Part shown: piece by piece, positions 32,269-42,558 of the stretch
Position numbering within the stretch: the stretch's first letter is position 1
Layout: each line of letters begins with the position of its first letter
Origin: Thermoplasmatota archaeon
GTDB lineage: Archaea; Thermoplasmatota; Thermoplasmata; Thermoplasmatales; Thermoplasmataceae
Direction of reading: 5' to 3'
DNA length: 64,000 bases
Assembly: GCA_023484805.1 (NCBI GenBank)
Contig: JAMDAM010000009.1
Span: 3,561 to 67,560 of the forward strand
Made by a program: the position numbers and the translations under genes
Notes under the pieces: generated by a model
What the model was told of the DNA's origin: nothing
What the model saw: the letters and a program-made list of their open reading frames with translations, nothing else
Databases searched by the model: none

Positions 32269-32857
32269 TGATACAGATTCAGAAATATGGGACAGAATCA
32301 TAAGCCTTCTTTCCAATGAGAGCATGTCCATCTCCGCCATAGCAAAAAAACTCATGGAAACCGGTACAAAGCGAAACAGGCTTTTCCTTACGGGATACCT
32401 TGAGGCGATGGTAAGGACCGGAATACTGAGCGTGAGGGAAATCAGGCCTTCCAGAGTGTATTCCATAAACAGGGAAAAGGAGTTCGATATATATGATCAG
32501 GTTGGATCTGTCTGCAAGGAAATGGATCAGGAAAATGCGGCCGATCGTGTCCTGGAGACTCTGTACCTGCTCTTCAACAGGCCAATTTTCCTAAGGGAGA
32601 TAGAGAGATGCAATGTTGATATCCCCAACCAGTACAAGAAGACAAATTCCGTGAAGAGACCCGAATACATTGAACGGCTCGGCAAAATCGGCCTGAAAAT
32701 CCCGGAAAACAATGCTCTTCTGGAGCCAACCAGCCGGGACAGGAACTTCGCCATATCCATACTTATACAGTTACTGAAGAGCAGGGTAGATCTCGACGCG
32801 TATTCACCGGAAATAAATGAAGGCATCCAGAAACGGCTTGATGAATCCCCAGATTAA
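32249..32857 (+). CDS. Winged-helix domain protein
   Basis: MSISAIAKKL...LTGYLEAM...G HTH-like N-terminus; overlaps the purB end. Confidence 0.7.
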   Translation: MKFLPGDDTDSEIWDRIISLLSNESMSISAIAKKLMETGTKRNRLFLTGYLEAMVRTGILSVREIRPSRVYSINREKEFDIYDQVGSVCKEMDQENAADRVLETLYLLFNRPIFLREIERCNVDIPNQYKKTNSVKRPEYIERLGKIGLKIPENNALLEPTSRDRNFAISILIQLLKSRVDLDAYSPEINEGIQKRLDESPD

Positions 32858-34032
32858 TGCACACCTGCGTTTGGCCTTGTTGATCCGGCATCGGGGGCAT
32901 CACCTGGCGATTGGAATTCGTAGTCTCCTGCCGACCTGTTAAACAGATTCCTTGCTTCCCCTGCCAGTCCCCGTATCTGGCGCGGGTACATGTTGTATGT
33001 ATACGAATAACCCCTGACGCATGTTCTAACACATCTATTGCAGGATTCCGACTTAAGCGCATAATCCCTGAAGGACTTGCTGGTGAAAAAATCCTTGAAT
33101 GACCCTTTCTTGAGATCGTATGCATAGGTATAATCGCAATTGTACACCTGCTTATCCGGGGTGACGTAGACAAACATTTTAGGAAAGTGACATGTCCAGG
33201 GCTTCCTGTCAACGTAATCCTGCAGCACCTGTTCTGTCTCCATAAGCGGTAAGCCTTCATGTTTCAGGTCAAGTAGGGTTACGTAAAACTCCTTCAGCTG
33301 ATCGCTGCTCAGCCCAATTTGAAAGTTGGGGGTGGTGCTCTCATCTGTCTGCCCAAAGTCCAGGGACTGTTCTATGGAGTTGAATGATATTCCTATCCCC
33401 AAAGATTTTGCAAGCTCGGCCATCTTGCGCATAGACCCCCAGTTAAGGGTGCTTATGGTGGTGACCAGTGAAACCTTTGTCCTTCCTATTCGCTTCAGTG
33501 CGCTTATACCCTTCATAACTTCCTTGAAAGTCCCTGGCCTACCCCGAATTATGTCATCAAAATCGTTGTAATAGTCCAGGGACACGAATGCAAAGTCAAG
33601 ATTCCTCAATTCTTCAGCCTTTTTCTCCATGAATGAACCGTTGGTGTTCATCACGGTTATGAATCCTTTCTCCTTGGCGTAATCAGTTATCTTACCTATA
33701 TCCCTCCTTATGAGTGGTTCACCGCCGAACATGTAGTACCCACGCATTCCTGCGGAATACGCATCATCGAGGAGCTGGAAAACGCCATCCGTTGAAAGAT
33801 CTTCCTTCATTCGCGGAGTATTTTTCCAGTAAGTGCAACTTTTACACCTGGAATTGCAACCAAATGTCATGGCATGGGCGAGGAAGAAAGGTGAATGGGT
33901 GAACAGCCTTGACTTAAGCATTGATCCAAGCGCACCCATATATCTCCCAAGGTTCTCATGCAAGTCTCCCTTAAACCCTGCGAATGGTTGGTTTAAATTA
34001 AGGACCGGAGTTTCCATAAAGAAATAATACAT
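32854..34032 (-). CDS. Radical SAM protein with C-terminal SPASM/twitch-like cysteines
   Basis: CNSRCKSC, GGEPL, TNG, C...VTPD..VYNC, CNRCVRTC. Confidence 0.9.
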   Translation of the reverse strand: MYYFFMETPVLNLNQPFAGFKGDLHENLGRYMGALGSMLKSRLFTHSPFFLAHAMTFGCNSRCKSCTYWKNTPRMKEDLSTDGVFQLLDDAYSAGMRGYYMFGGEPLIRRDIGKITDYAKEKGFITVMNTNGSFMEKKAEELRNLDFAFVSLDYYNDFDDIIRGRPGTFKEVMKGISALKRIGRTKVSLVTTISTLNWGSMRKMAELAKSLGIGISFNSIEQSLDFGQTDESTTPNFQIGLSSDQLKEFYVTLLDLKHEGLPLMETEQVLQDYVDRKPWTCHFPKMFVYVTPDKQVYNCDYTYAYDLKKGSFKDFFTSKSFRDYALKSESCNRCVRTCVRGYSYTYNMYPRQIRGLAGEARNLFNRSAGDYEFQSPGDAPDAGSTRPNAGVH

Positions 34033-34181
34033 ATTAGAATATAATCAATATACCTTACATATCAGTGCAAATAGCATATTTTACTCGTTATATAGGTAAT
34101 TTATATTGAAAATTTGCCTTCCCATTGGATAGTGGGTGTTTCAGCTTCTGATCGCACACGAATGTTATATACAGGTATAAA

Positions 34182-35252
34182 ATGACGAAACGTATGAGAA
34201 GGATGAGCGGAGGTTCTGCCTATTCTGGCAAGCTCCCACTTGGGTGTCAGCTCTGCGCAAAGGGCGGCAAGATGGTTCTGTTTGTTTCAGGGATCTGTGA
34301 CGCAAAGTGCTTTTACTGCCCCCTATCGGAACCCAAGAAAATGAAGGATGTCATGTATGCTGATGAGATGCCGCTCAAGAATATGAAAGATGCAATCTAT
34401 GAAGCGAGAATGATAAGCGCCACTGGCACTGGAATTACTGGTGGAGACCCACTGAAATACTATCAGCGAACTTCTGAATACATTAAAATTCTCAAAGAGG
34501 AATTTGGCAGCGAACACCATATCCACCTATACACCATCAGCGGGACGCAGAAGGCCATTGAGACCGTGGCAAAAGCTGGACTGGACGAAATCAGATTCCA
34601 CCCTCCAGAAGAGATATGGTCGATGATGGACAGGTCAGTGTTCAAGGATCGGATCAAGTGGTCGAGGGACAATGGAATGAGCGTTGGTATCGAAGTGCCG
34701 AGCCTCCCGGGAAGAACAAAGGATACACAGGATCTCATAGAATTTGCGAGGAAAATGGATCTTGATTTCATAAACCTTAATGAGCTAGAATTCTCGGAAA
34801 CCAACTACGGCAACCTGCTCGGACGGGGGTACCAGATAAAGAGCGACTACGAATCCGGCGCAACGGGAAGCCAATCCCTTGCAATAAACATGGTAAGGCA
34901 GTTCCCTGACTTCACTGTACATTACTGTTCCGCCGCTTTCAAGGATGGCGTTCAATTGAAGAACAGGCTAAAAAGGAGGGCAAAGAATGTTGCTCGCGAC
35001 ATAGATGTCATCACCAAGGACGGCACCATAATCAGAGGAATAGTAGAGGGGGGAGACGTCATAGAAATGCGCGACCGGCTGATATCCATCGGAATGGACC
35101 CTGCCAGCATACATGTGAATCCGGTAAAGAAGAGGCTTGAAGTACCTCCATGGATGCTTGAAGATATCAAGAATAGCGTTGATTATGAAATGTACGAAGT
35201 GGAAGAGTACCCGACGTGGGATGCCCTGGAAGTGGAGAGAGTAAAAATTTAG
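34182..35252 (+). CDS. Radical SAM protein (conserved archaeal type)
   Basis: GC.LC..G.K, CDAKCFYC, TGGDP, DEIRFHP, NLNELE. Confidence 0.9.
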   Translation: MTKRMRRMSGGSAYSGKLPLGCQLCAKGGKMVLFVSGICDAKCFYCPLSEPKKMKDVMYADEMPLKNMKDAIYEARMISATGTGITGGDPLKYYQRTSEYIKILKEEFGSEHHIHLYTISGTQKAIETVAKAGLDEIRFHPPEEIWSMMDRSVFKDRIKWSRDNGMSVGIEVPSLPGRTKDTQDLIEFARKMDLDFINLNELEFSETNYGNLLGRGYQIKSDYESGATGSQSLAINMVRQFPDFTVHYCSAAFKDGVQLKNRLKRRAKNVARDIDVITKDGTIIRGIVEGGDVIEMRDRLISIGMDPASIHVNPVKKRLEVPPWMLEDIKNSVDYEMYEVEEYPTWDALEVERVKI

Positions 35253-35287
35253 CGCGTTATTAACGATTTTCTATGTAATGGACTATT

Positions 35288-35926
35288 TTATTCCACTGCG
35301 CCTATGATAAGGTACCCGTGAGAACCTTCCCAGATGATTCTAGTTTTTCCTAAATCAATTGCCTGCTTTCCAGGTATGGCATAGACAAAAGTCTCGTATT
35401 CTCCGCCTTCTCCTGCAATGTTAATTCTCCTTTTCCGTGATATCTGCTTAAGATGCAGGATATATTCCTCATCGATTGTTCTGCCAAGATCCTTTTCATC
35501 CAGACCTTCGGCAGAAACCGATACCAGCATTGCACGGATTCCCCTGTTTATAAGTTCATCGAGGACAAGTTCCTGATCCTTGCGCCAGAGCGGAGTAACA
35601 GAAATCAGCCCAAGTTGTGTGCACATTTTCTCTATCCTGGTTTTCTGGTAATCGGATGCTATTGCTCCGGAAATCATGGCCTTCACCCCGTTTGCGGCGT
35701 ATACCTGTACAATGCTCTCCAACTCATCCTCTCTGCAAAATTTTACGTCCAGGCCAAGAAGGCTGGCAGGAAGAGGTGATTTTTCAACGTTTGGGTAATG
35801 GTACATTGGTGAAAATTCCTCAGGCTTGACTGTCAGGGCGCATACTATTTCATATCCTGACTCCAAAGCAACCTCCATTGCGAGAAAAGAATCCTTTCCA
35901 CCCGAAAATAAAGCAATCGCCTTAAT
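35288..35926 (-). CDS. Diphthine--ammonia ligase (Dph6-family ATP pyrophosphatase)
   Basis: FSGGKDS PP-loop, GAIASDYQ, PLW, GEGGEYET; probable ATT start. Confidence 0.88.
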   Translation of the reverse strand: MKAIALFSGGKDSFLAMEVALESGYEIVCALTVKPEEFSPMYHYPNVEKSPLPASLLGLDVKFCREDELESIVQVYAANGVKAMISGAIASDYQKTRIEKMCTQLGLISVTPLWRKDQELVLDELINRGIRAMLVSVSAEGLDEKDLGRTIDEEYILHLKQISRKRRINIAGEGGEYETFVYAIPGKQAIDLGKTRIIWEGSHGYLIIGAVE

Positions 35927-36044
35927 TACACTGCACCCCGATAGTGAGGAATAATGCTCCCTAGTACTAAATTTGTTGGGAATTGTACAATCTTGCGATA
36001 AAGCAAGATTAAATATCAAACAATAATGGTGACCCGGTGTTGTT

Positions 36045-36518
36045 ATGACATTAAAAGTTGGAGACAAGGCTCCTGAGTTTACATTGCCGGATTCCAAGCT
36101 GAAAATGAGAACTCTGTCAGAGTACCATGGTGAGAAAGTTGTTCTGGCGTTTTTCCCCGGAGCATTTACAGGGGTATGCACAAAGGAGATGTGTACATTC
36201 AGGGACTCTATGGCAAACCTGAAGAAGTTGAATGCAAAGGTTGTAGGGATAAGTGTTGACTCTCCCTTTTCTCTGGCTGAATTCGATAAGAGAAACAACC
36301 TCAATTTTGACCTGCTGAGCGATTCCAACAGGGTGGTATCAAAGATGTACGGCGGAATCCACGAGGATTTTGTCGGCGTAAAGGGACTCACCGCCTCAAA
36401 GAGAAGTATCTTTGTTCTTGACAAGGATGGAAAGGTTAGATATGAATGGATCAGCGAGGATCCAGGAAAGGAGCCTGACTACAAGAAGATACAGGAAGAA
36501 CTTTCCAGCATCAGGTGA
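36045..36518 (+). CDS. Peroxiredoxin (BCP/PrxQ-like)
   Basis: [28 protein letters not shown]. Confidence 0.93.
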   Translation: MTLKVGDKAPEFTLPDSKLKMRTLSEYHGEKVVLAFFPGAFTGVCTKEMCTFRDSMANLKKLNAKVVGISVDSPFSLAEFDKRNNLNFDLLSDSNRVVSKMYGGIHEDFVGVKGLTASKRSIFVLDKDGKVRYEWISEDPGKEPDYKKIQEELSSIR

Positions 36519-36523
36519 ATTTC

Positions 36524-37378
36524 TTAACTGCTGCTTATTATTGAATAAATTTCAAAATTTTTCTTTGCTATTACCTTTATTTTCATTATCGCGTTCTTTT
36601 CCTGACTGCAAACTGAAACAAGGTTGCTGCTCATGGGGTGAGGGTGTACCATATTGCCTCCTTTCTCGAATGTTGCAAGTTCCATCCACCCAGAATTCAC
36701 CACCGCAAACGCCTCAAACCCTGTGAATTCAAATATCAGCTCATCGCCATCTGCTGTTGCCATTATCGATTCAGCGCTCTGCAACCAGCTTCCACTGACT
36801 GATATGCTGCCTTTCATATTGGCTTTATTCCCTTCCCCAAAACCTGTCGGGTCAACAAACTCTTCTATTTTCCTCCCTCTGAGACTACCGAGATATGTCT
36901 GGGATCTTTTCACTTGGCCGACCTCGCTCTCCTGAAAATTAACACCTGCATCGGCAGCAAAGTTCATGGCGTATTCAAAAAGGTCGTCATTGGAGCTCAT
37001 CTCTGAGATCAGGGCGCCAGATGGATCAAAGAGAAAATAAGCGGGCAAACCGGTCGCATTAAGCAAGCCCCATATTTCATTGGTGTTGTCCTGATACACA
37101 GGAAAACTGATCCTCAGCGTTTCAATTTCCTTAATCACGTTCCTCCTGTACATCTGGAAATCATATTCAGCAATATGGACCCCTACCACTGAGAGTTTGT
37201 TGCCACTCCCGATTTCTGCAAGGAAATTAAGAGGAGAAATAGCTTCAATACTTTCAACGTTAGCGTAGCTCCAGAGAGCAACAAGGATACTTTGCCCCTC
37301 AGGATTACCTATGCTTCCGTTGATAGTCGATCCAAGCATCCTTTCCAGCAAAATGCCAAGCATGAGTGAAAGGATCAA
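36524..37378 (-). CDS. DipZ-like thioredoxin-fold protein lacking CxxC (start uncertain)
   Basis: LWSYANVES, VVGVH..EY.F, PVYQD, P.YFLFD..G and TYLG align with the DipZ soluble region. Confidence 0.6.
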   Translation of the reverse strand: MILSLMLGILLERMLGSTINGSIGNPEGQSILVALWSYANVESIEAISPLNFLAEIGSGNKLSVVGVHIAEYDFQMYRRNVIKEIETLRISFPVYQDNTNEIWGLLNATGLPAYFLFDPSGALISEMSSNDDLFEYAMNFAADAGVNFQESEVGQVKRSQTYLGSLRGRKIEEFVDPTGFGEGNKANMKGSISVSGSWLQSAESIMATADGDELIFEFTGFEAFAVVNSGWMELATFEKGGNMVHPHPMSSNLVSVCSQEKNAIMKIKVIAKKNFEIYSIISSS

Positions 37379-37442
37379 CCAGGCCGCTATTAAACCTTAA
37401 GGGGTATGAAAAACATTTAGGACATTAGTACATACTCCAGGC

Positions 37443-37928
37443 ATGGATAAGGATACATCAAGAAAGCTCATAGCAATTACATTTTCTAACCGTAAAGGGT
37501 CAGATCGCTGTACCAGACAGGATTTTGTCACTTTCCTGTCTTTCAAGAGAACGCTTCTCGATCCTGAATCCGTGGAAAAATTTCTCTCTGAATCGATAAA
37601 AGAAGGGCTTCTCTCAGAAAAAGACGGTTATTACACTCCAACTTTCAGCACAGCCGGCATCATTGTGCCTCTTGACTTTTCAGTAAATGTGGAAGAATTG
37701 TTCAGCTCTTCGAAAGACAAACCACTGGTGGACAGGTTGCTGGATGCGATATCCGCATCCGGAAAGATGACAAAAAAGGAGGCAATTGCAAGAAGCAGGG
37801 AGGTAACCGCAAATCTAAAGCTCATCAATTTTGACCTTGCACTCATGGCGGTTATGTCAGATGAGGGGATTGATTTGAAACCATTTCTTGGAGAGATCGA
37901 GGAAGTTTACTTGAAAAATAAAGCCTGA
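37443..37928 (+). CDS. DUF2240-like archaeal protein
   Basis: F...LSFKR..L.P......A..EGLL....PTF pattern. Confidence 0.6.
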   Translation: MDKDTSRKLIAITFSNRKGSDRCTRQDFVTFLSFKRTLLDPESVEKFLSESIKEGLLSEKDGYYTPTFSTAGIIVPLDFSVNVEELFSSSKDKPLVDRLLDAISASGKMTKKEAIARSREVTANLKLINFDLALMAVMSDEGIDLKPFLGEIEEVYLKNKA

Positions 37929-38672
37929 TTAATCCTTCTCGGATAGCCGTTGGGCAATTTTAATCGCTTCATCCACATTCTCCATTTCCATGGCGATATC
38001 GGAAGCCATGTCATACATATATGAAAGTGATGCACGGAATTCCTTTTTCTCCTTCTTGTTCTTGATGTTGCTGGATATCTCGTCTATCTCATCAAGAGCC
38101 TTAAGTGCACTCATGAGGGCATCATCCAGGTCTCCATGGGTCCTTACGTTTTCTATCAGCCCTCTCCTGGCCTCGAAATAGCTTTCCCAGTCGCCTTCTT
38201 TCCCGGATGTTTCCAGTACATCGCGATATATCCTCAACAGTTCTTCCTCGGTGCTCTTGCGACCACTCAAAAATTCTGCCCTGGCAAGAAGGACCATGTT
38301 TATCAGGCTGTTATCACCGGTCTCCTTTGCAGTGGACAGTGCCCTATCCAGTTCAACCTCAGACTCCTTGGACTTTCCTGCATCATGAAGGATGTAAAAA
38401 ATGTTCAACCTGTCTACGATCTGAAGGTCTTTATCCTGATTCTCAGTGTGAATCTCAAGGGACATCTGGGCATATTTCATCGAGTTCTCTATGTTTTTCG
38501 GCTCTATTGCCGAATATGCCTGTGAAATCTTGTAGTAAATCTCTGCCAAAAGTTCCTTGTCGCTATCCTTTACCAGGTCCGCTGCCTTAAGATATTCCCG
38601 TATTGCATCGATATACTTCTCTTTGTTAAGGAACCCGTCTGCGCTTTTAAGCAATGTAGAGATTTCGTCCAT
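37929..38672 (-). CDS. TPR-like helical repeat protein
   Basis: Repeating A..Y.A helical pattern; no catalytic motif. Confidence 0.65.
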   Translation of the reverse strand: MDEISTLLKSADGFLNKEKYIDAIREYLKAADLVKDSDKELLAEIYYKISQAYSAIEPKNIENSMKYAQMSLEIHTENQDKDLQIVDRLNIFYILHDAGKSKESEVELDRALSTAKETGDNSLINMVLLARAEFLSGRKSTEEELLRIYRDVLETSGKEGDWESYFEARRGLIENVRTHGDLDDALMSALKALDEIDEISSNIKNKKEKKEFRASLSYMYDMASDIAMEMENVDEAIKIAQRLSEKD

Positions 38673-38702
38673 TTCGTTCTCCTTCGCATTGTTAAGCTGT
38701 AT

Positions 38703-39971
38703 TTATGAATTTTTACGCAAACGATCCAGAATGGATCTGGCGCTTGACGGAGATATGTCCCTGGATCTCAGCATTTCATCAACTACCCTTTCCATTTCAC
38801 TGGCGGTTGCGCCCGACGATATTGCAATATTCCTCGCGTGCAGTTTCATGTGACCAGACTGTATCCCTTCGGCGCTCAATGCACGCACGGCTGCAAAATT
38901 CTGCGCCAGGCCCACAGACGCCAGAACTGAAGCGAATTCCCTGGCATCCATTACATTCAGGATTTTCCTGGTTATCCTTGCCTTGGGTACAGTATTTGTC
39001 GATCCTCCAACCGTTCCTACTGCCATGGGAATCGCAATGCTCACGCTTAAATCCCCATTCGGAAGTTTACTGTAACTGGTTAATGGCTTGTACCCTCCGA
39101 AAGAGGCAAATGCATGCGCACCGGCTTCAATTGCTCTCCAGTCATTCATGGTTGCTACCAGCACTGCATCTATCCCGTTCATTATGCCTTTATTGTGTGT
39201 TGCGGCACGATATGGATCAATCAGTGCCAGATTATATGAACTGATGATGTTCTCAACGATCTCTTCTCCCCCAACCAGGTCTTTCCTGAAAACCGCCGAA
39301 GCATAAGCCATTCTCCTATCTGTAAGGTTCGAGAGTATCCTTAGGTTAACCCTGCCGCCTGTTATTTCCTCCAAGAATGGTGCAACATGTTCGCACATAC
39401 TGTTCACGATGTTTGCGCCCATTGCATCTGATACGTCAACAATCAGGTGGACGACAAGCATCTTCTCTGGTATGTCGAATGGATAAACCTCAATGGTCCT
39501 GGCTCCAGCACCCTTTTCCTTAAGAGTCCTGCTTTTAGTGTTGGCCATTTCCACTATCTTGCTTTCCGCTTGCAACACTCTGATCCTGGCGTCATCCAGT
39601 GAGTCCAGTCCGAGTATTTGTATCTGCCCGACCATTATGGATTCAGACGCATAGGCAGTAAATCCACCCGTAGGTCTGCTCATCTTGGCGGCGTTTGAAC
39701 AGGCAGCAATCACTGAGGCCTCCTCTATGGCCATCGGGATAAGATACTCCTTACCATTGATAAGAAAATTGGTAGCTACTCCCAGAGGGATTTCCATGAC
39801 GGAGATCACGTTTTCTATCATGCCGTCTGCGACATTTTCTGGCATTGATCCAAAGCCACCCAGGCTTGATATTTCTGATTCTGTAAGGTCAGAGAATTTT
39901 GCGACCGACCGCAGTCTATCCGCTATTGGCAATTTATGCAGCCCGGGGATGACCGAACTTCTTCCTTCCAT
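38703..39971 (-). CDS. mvaA: HMG-CoA reductase, class II
   Basis: ENVIS...IP, EEASV, DAMGAN, THNKG, GHMKLH. Confidence 0.93.
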   Translation of the reverse strand: MEGRSSVIPGLHKLPIADRLRSVAKFSDLTESEISSLGGFGSMPENVADGMIENVISVMEIPLGVATNFLINGKEYLIPMAIEEASVIAACSNAAKMSRPTGGFTAYASESIMVGQIQILGLDSLDDARIRVLQAESKIVEMANTKSRTLKEKGAGARTIEVYPFDIPEKMLVVHLIVDVSDAMGANIVNSMCEHVAPFLEEITGGRVNLRILSNLTDRRMAYASAVFRKDLVGGEEIVENIISSYNLALIDPYRAATHNKGIMNGIDAVLVATMNDWRAIEAGAHAFASFGGYKPLTSYSKLPNGDLSVSIAIPMAVGTVGGSTNTVPKARITRKILNVMDAREFASVLASVGLAQNFAAVRALSAEGIQSGHMKLHARNIAISSGATASEMERVVDEMLRSRDISPSSARSILDRLRKNS

Positions 39972-40315
39972 ATATGCCTATAATATTGTTAATTAAATTA
40001 TTATCCATAATCTGAATCTAACTAACAATAGCCCATTGAGTCTTTACCTTCCAGGTTCAGCTGCAAAGAAGATGCATCGCTGAACCGTTATCTGGAAAAC
40101 GCGAAATATTACAAGACACCTGGCAAATTGAAACTAGCTAGGTTCTTGCGACTGCAAAGTGTCTTTGCCTCCTTGATGGTATATCAGTACGATATTTGCG
40201 CTGGTTATCGGGTATATGGCACTGAATGGTCACCCTGCCAGTCCTCAGTGAACTTTTTTTACCAAATTTTTTTAGACCTAAACTTTTTTAATTGCTCTCT
40301 GGATTCTCCATCCTG

Positions 40316-41233
40316 ATGTTGAAGAATAAAAGCATAGTCTCAATTGACGATGTGTCCGAATCCGATATATCCGAGATTTTTTCTGTATCAGACAGGATGC
40401 TGAACGCACTGGAAGCTGGAAAAAAACTTGAAATGCTGGACGGAAAGATCATGGCCACTCTGTTCTATGAACCAAGCACCAGGACTAGGCTTTCATTCGA
40501 ATCCTCTATGCACAGGCTTGGAGGGTCCGTGGTCAGTGTCTCAGACGTCAAATCCTCATCTGTTGCCAAGGGTGAAACTCTTGCAGACACCATCAGAATG
40601 GCGGAGTCTTATTCTGACGTTATAGTGATTAGGCATCCTCTTGAAGGTGCGGCCAGGCTCGCCTCCAAATTTTCAACCAAGCCGGTGATAAACGCTGGAG
40701 ACGGTTCAGGCCAGCATCCTACACAAACACTGCTTGATCTTTACACCATGAGAAAATATTTCGGGAAAATAGACGGGTTAAGAATAGCAATGGTTGGTGA
40801 CTTGCGTTATGGGAGAACTGTTCATTCGCTCCTTCTGGCTCTTTCGAACTTCGATGTTGAAGTGACCCTCATATCCCCCCAAATTCTCAAGATGCCGGAA
40901 CACATCAGGGAACGATTGGGGAAGAACATCAAGGTGAAATCCAGGGAAAATCTCGACGAAAAAATGGATGAGTTTGATGTATTTTACGTGACAAGGATAC
41001 AGAAAGAAAGATTCACTGATCAGAACGAGTATAACAGTGTTATAGGCCTTTATTCGATTGATGTGAGTACCGTGGGAAAAATGAAGAAGAATGCCATAAT
41101 TATGCATCCTTTGCCGAGAGTGGACGAAATAAAGCCAGAGGTCGATTACCTGCCAAACGCAGCATATTTCAAGCAGGCATATTACGGGGTACCTGTACGA
41201 ATGGCACTTCTCTCAATGATTTTGGGGGCGTGA
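40316..41233 (+). CDS. pyrB: Aspartate carbamoyltransferase catalytic subunit
   Basis: FYEPSTRT, HPTQ, RIQKER, HPLPR. Confidence 0.98.
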   Translation: MLKNKSIVSIDDVSESDISEIFSVSDRMLNALEAGKKLEMLDGKIMATLFYEPSTRTRLSFESSMHRLGGSVVSVSDVKSSSVAKGETLADTIRMAESYSDVIVIRHPLEGAARLASKFSTKPVINAGDGSGQHPTQTLLDLYTMRKYFGKIDGLRIAMVGDLRYGRTVHSLLLALSNFDVEVTLISPQILKMPEHIRERLGKNIKVKSRENLDEKMDEFDVFYVTRIQKERFTDQNEYNSVIGLYSIDVSTVGKMKKNAIIMHPLPRVDEIKPEVDYLPNAAYFKQAYYGVPVRMALLSMILGA

Positions 41234-41697
41234 ATATGGAAACGACACTGAAGGTCTCTAAGATTAAGGACGGCACGGTGATCGATCATGTGCCGGCTGG
41301 GAAGGCTCTGAGAGTAGTATCAATACTCAAGATTGAAAATAACCCAGATGTCTCGACAACAATAGCAATGCGTGTACAGAGCGAGAAACTTGGACGGAAG
41401 GACGTAATCAAAATTGAAAACAAATATCTGAACAGAGACGATCTGGACAGGATTTCACTGGTCGCACCGGATGCCACAATAAGTATCGTAAGCAATTACC
41501 AGATAAAGGAGAAGTTCACAGTAAAACTCACGAAAACAATTGTAGGGATACTGAAATGCCCAAACCAGGGTTGCATCACAAATGTGAAAGAGCCTGTAAA
41601 TAGTGAATTCTCTGTCGTATCTGAAAAGCCGCTGATTCTCAGGTGCTTTTACTGCGAACGAAACATGACAGAAAAGGAAGTCTTATCACAGCTGTGA
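41230..41697 (+). CDS. pyrI: Aspartate carbamoyltransferase regulatory subunit
   Basis: GTVIDH, KDVIKIE, CPN..C, C.YCE. Confidence 0.97.
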   Translation: MNMETTLKVSKIKDGTVIDHVPAGKALRVVSILKIENNPDVSTTIAMRVQSEKLGRKDVIKIENKYLNRDDLDRISLVAPDATISIVSNYQIKEKFTVKLTKTIVGILKCPNQGCITNVKEPVNSEFSVVSEKPLILRCFYCERNMTEKEVLSQL

Positions 41698-41744
41698 TTT
41701 CCCTTTCAAATCTAAAATTTTTATTTATTTATAGAAACTAATGT

Positions 41745-42536
41745 TCAACTTGCAACTATTTTCCTAGCGTCCGCAGAAGCCGCTGAAAGCCGCATCAGGT
41801 ATATTTCAAGTTCCCTTGCGATCTTGGTATTGATGGATGGCCACTGGCTTTCTGAACTGTATCTTGTAAAATTCCCGGTGACGTTCAGTTCGTATTCATC
41901 GTTATCTATTTCTTTGACCCTTGCTCCAAGACCTTTCAGTTTTTTTATTCCGATCTCTGCAGCAGCCCTTTCGCGTGGGTACAACCTCGAAGGTTTTATC
42001 ACAACGTTCAGGACAGCCAAGCCTCTCTTGATCATGACTCGGGCAAGCAGGGTGTGCATCTCCTGCGAATACTTTCCACCGAATGCGCTTAGTAGTATGT
42101 ATGAATCGGATCTAAGTAGGCTAGTGTATATCCGTAATGCTGTTTTTTCCATATCAGCCTGTGAATCCGAAAAATCAGCGGAGGTTGTTTCAAACTGTGC
42201 TCCGGAATATCTTTCAGCCTGGAAATTAAAGTCACCAAAGGCATCGTCTCCGATGTTTACAACTTTAACCTCCATTGGCCTCTGTGAATAAATTTCCATG
42301 TATGCGACATCATTTCCAGAGCCCGATGCAGTGTTAACATTGCTCCTGTTGTGGTTCACGGCGTGATAGAATACCCTTGCCTCTTCTATTGGTATGACTT
42401 TCTTTAAGACCCTTTCACCGGCATTGCCTATGGCTATCAATGCACTGTCATACCTGTCAGATCCATACTCTTTCGCTATTTTGCAGATTCTTTCCCTTAT
42501 GTAATTACCTTCTGTCTCCATATTCTTCCTAAACAT
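41745..42536 (-). CDS. Divergent, truncated FtsZ/tubulin-like protein
   Basis: IAIGNAG (T1-like), LSAFGGKYS (degenerate T4), VVIKP...R..A..G...L, IDND; no C-terminal domain. Confidence 0.6.
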   Translation of the reverse strand: MFRKNMETEGNYIRERICKIAKEYGSDRYDSALIAIGNAGERVLKKVIPIEEARVFYHAVNHNRSNVNTASGSGNDVAYMEIYSQRPMEVKVVNIGDDAFGDFNFQAERYSGAQFETTSADFSDSQADMEKTALRIYTSLLRSDSYILLSAFGGKYSQEMHTLLARVMIKRGLAVLNVVIKPSRLYPRERAAAEIGIKKLKGLGARVKEIDNDEYELNVTGNFTRYSSESQWPSINTKIARELEIYLMRLSAASADARKIVAS

Positions 42537-42558
42537 TCGGTCACACCTTCCAAATATC

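Noticed and set aside
35927-36424. 166-aa N-terminal extension of the Dph6-family protein
   Set aside because: Mostly the antisense shadow of the peroxiredoxin gene
21627-39971. Bacterial-like tal/tkt and class II HMG-CoA reductase as recent horizontal transfers
   Set aside because: These are established features of Thermoplasmatales, as is dnaK-dnaJ-grpE
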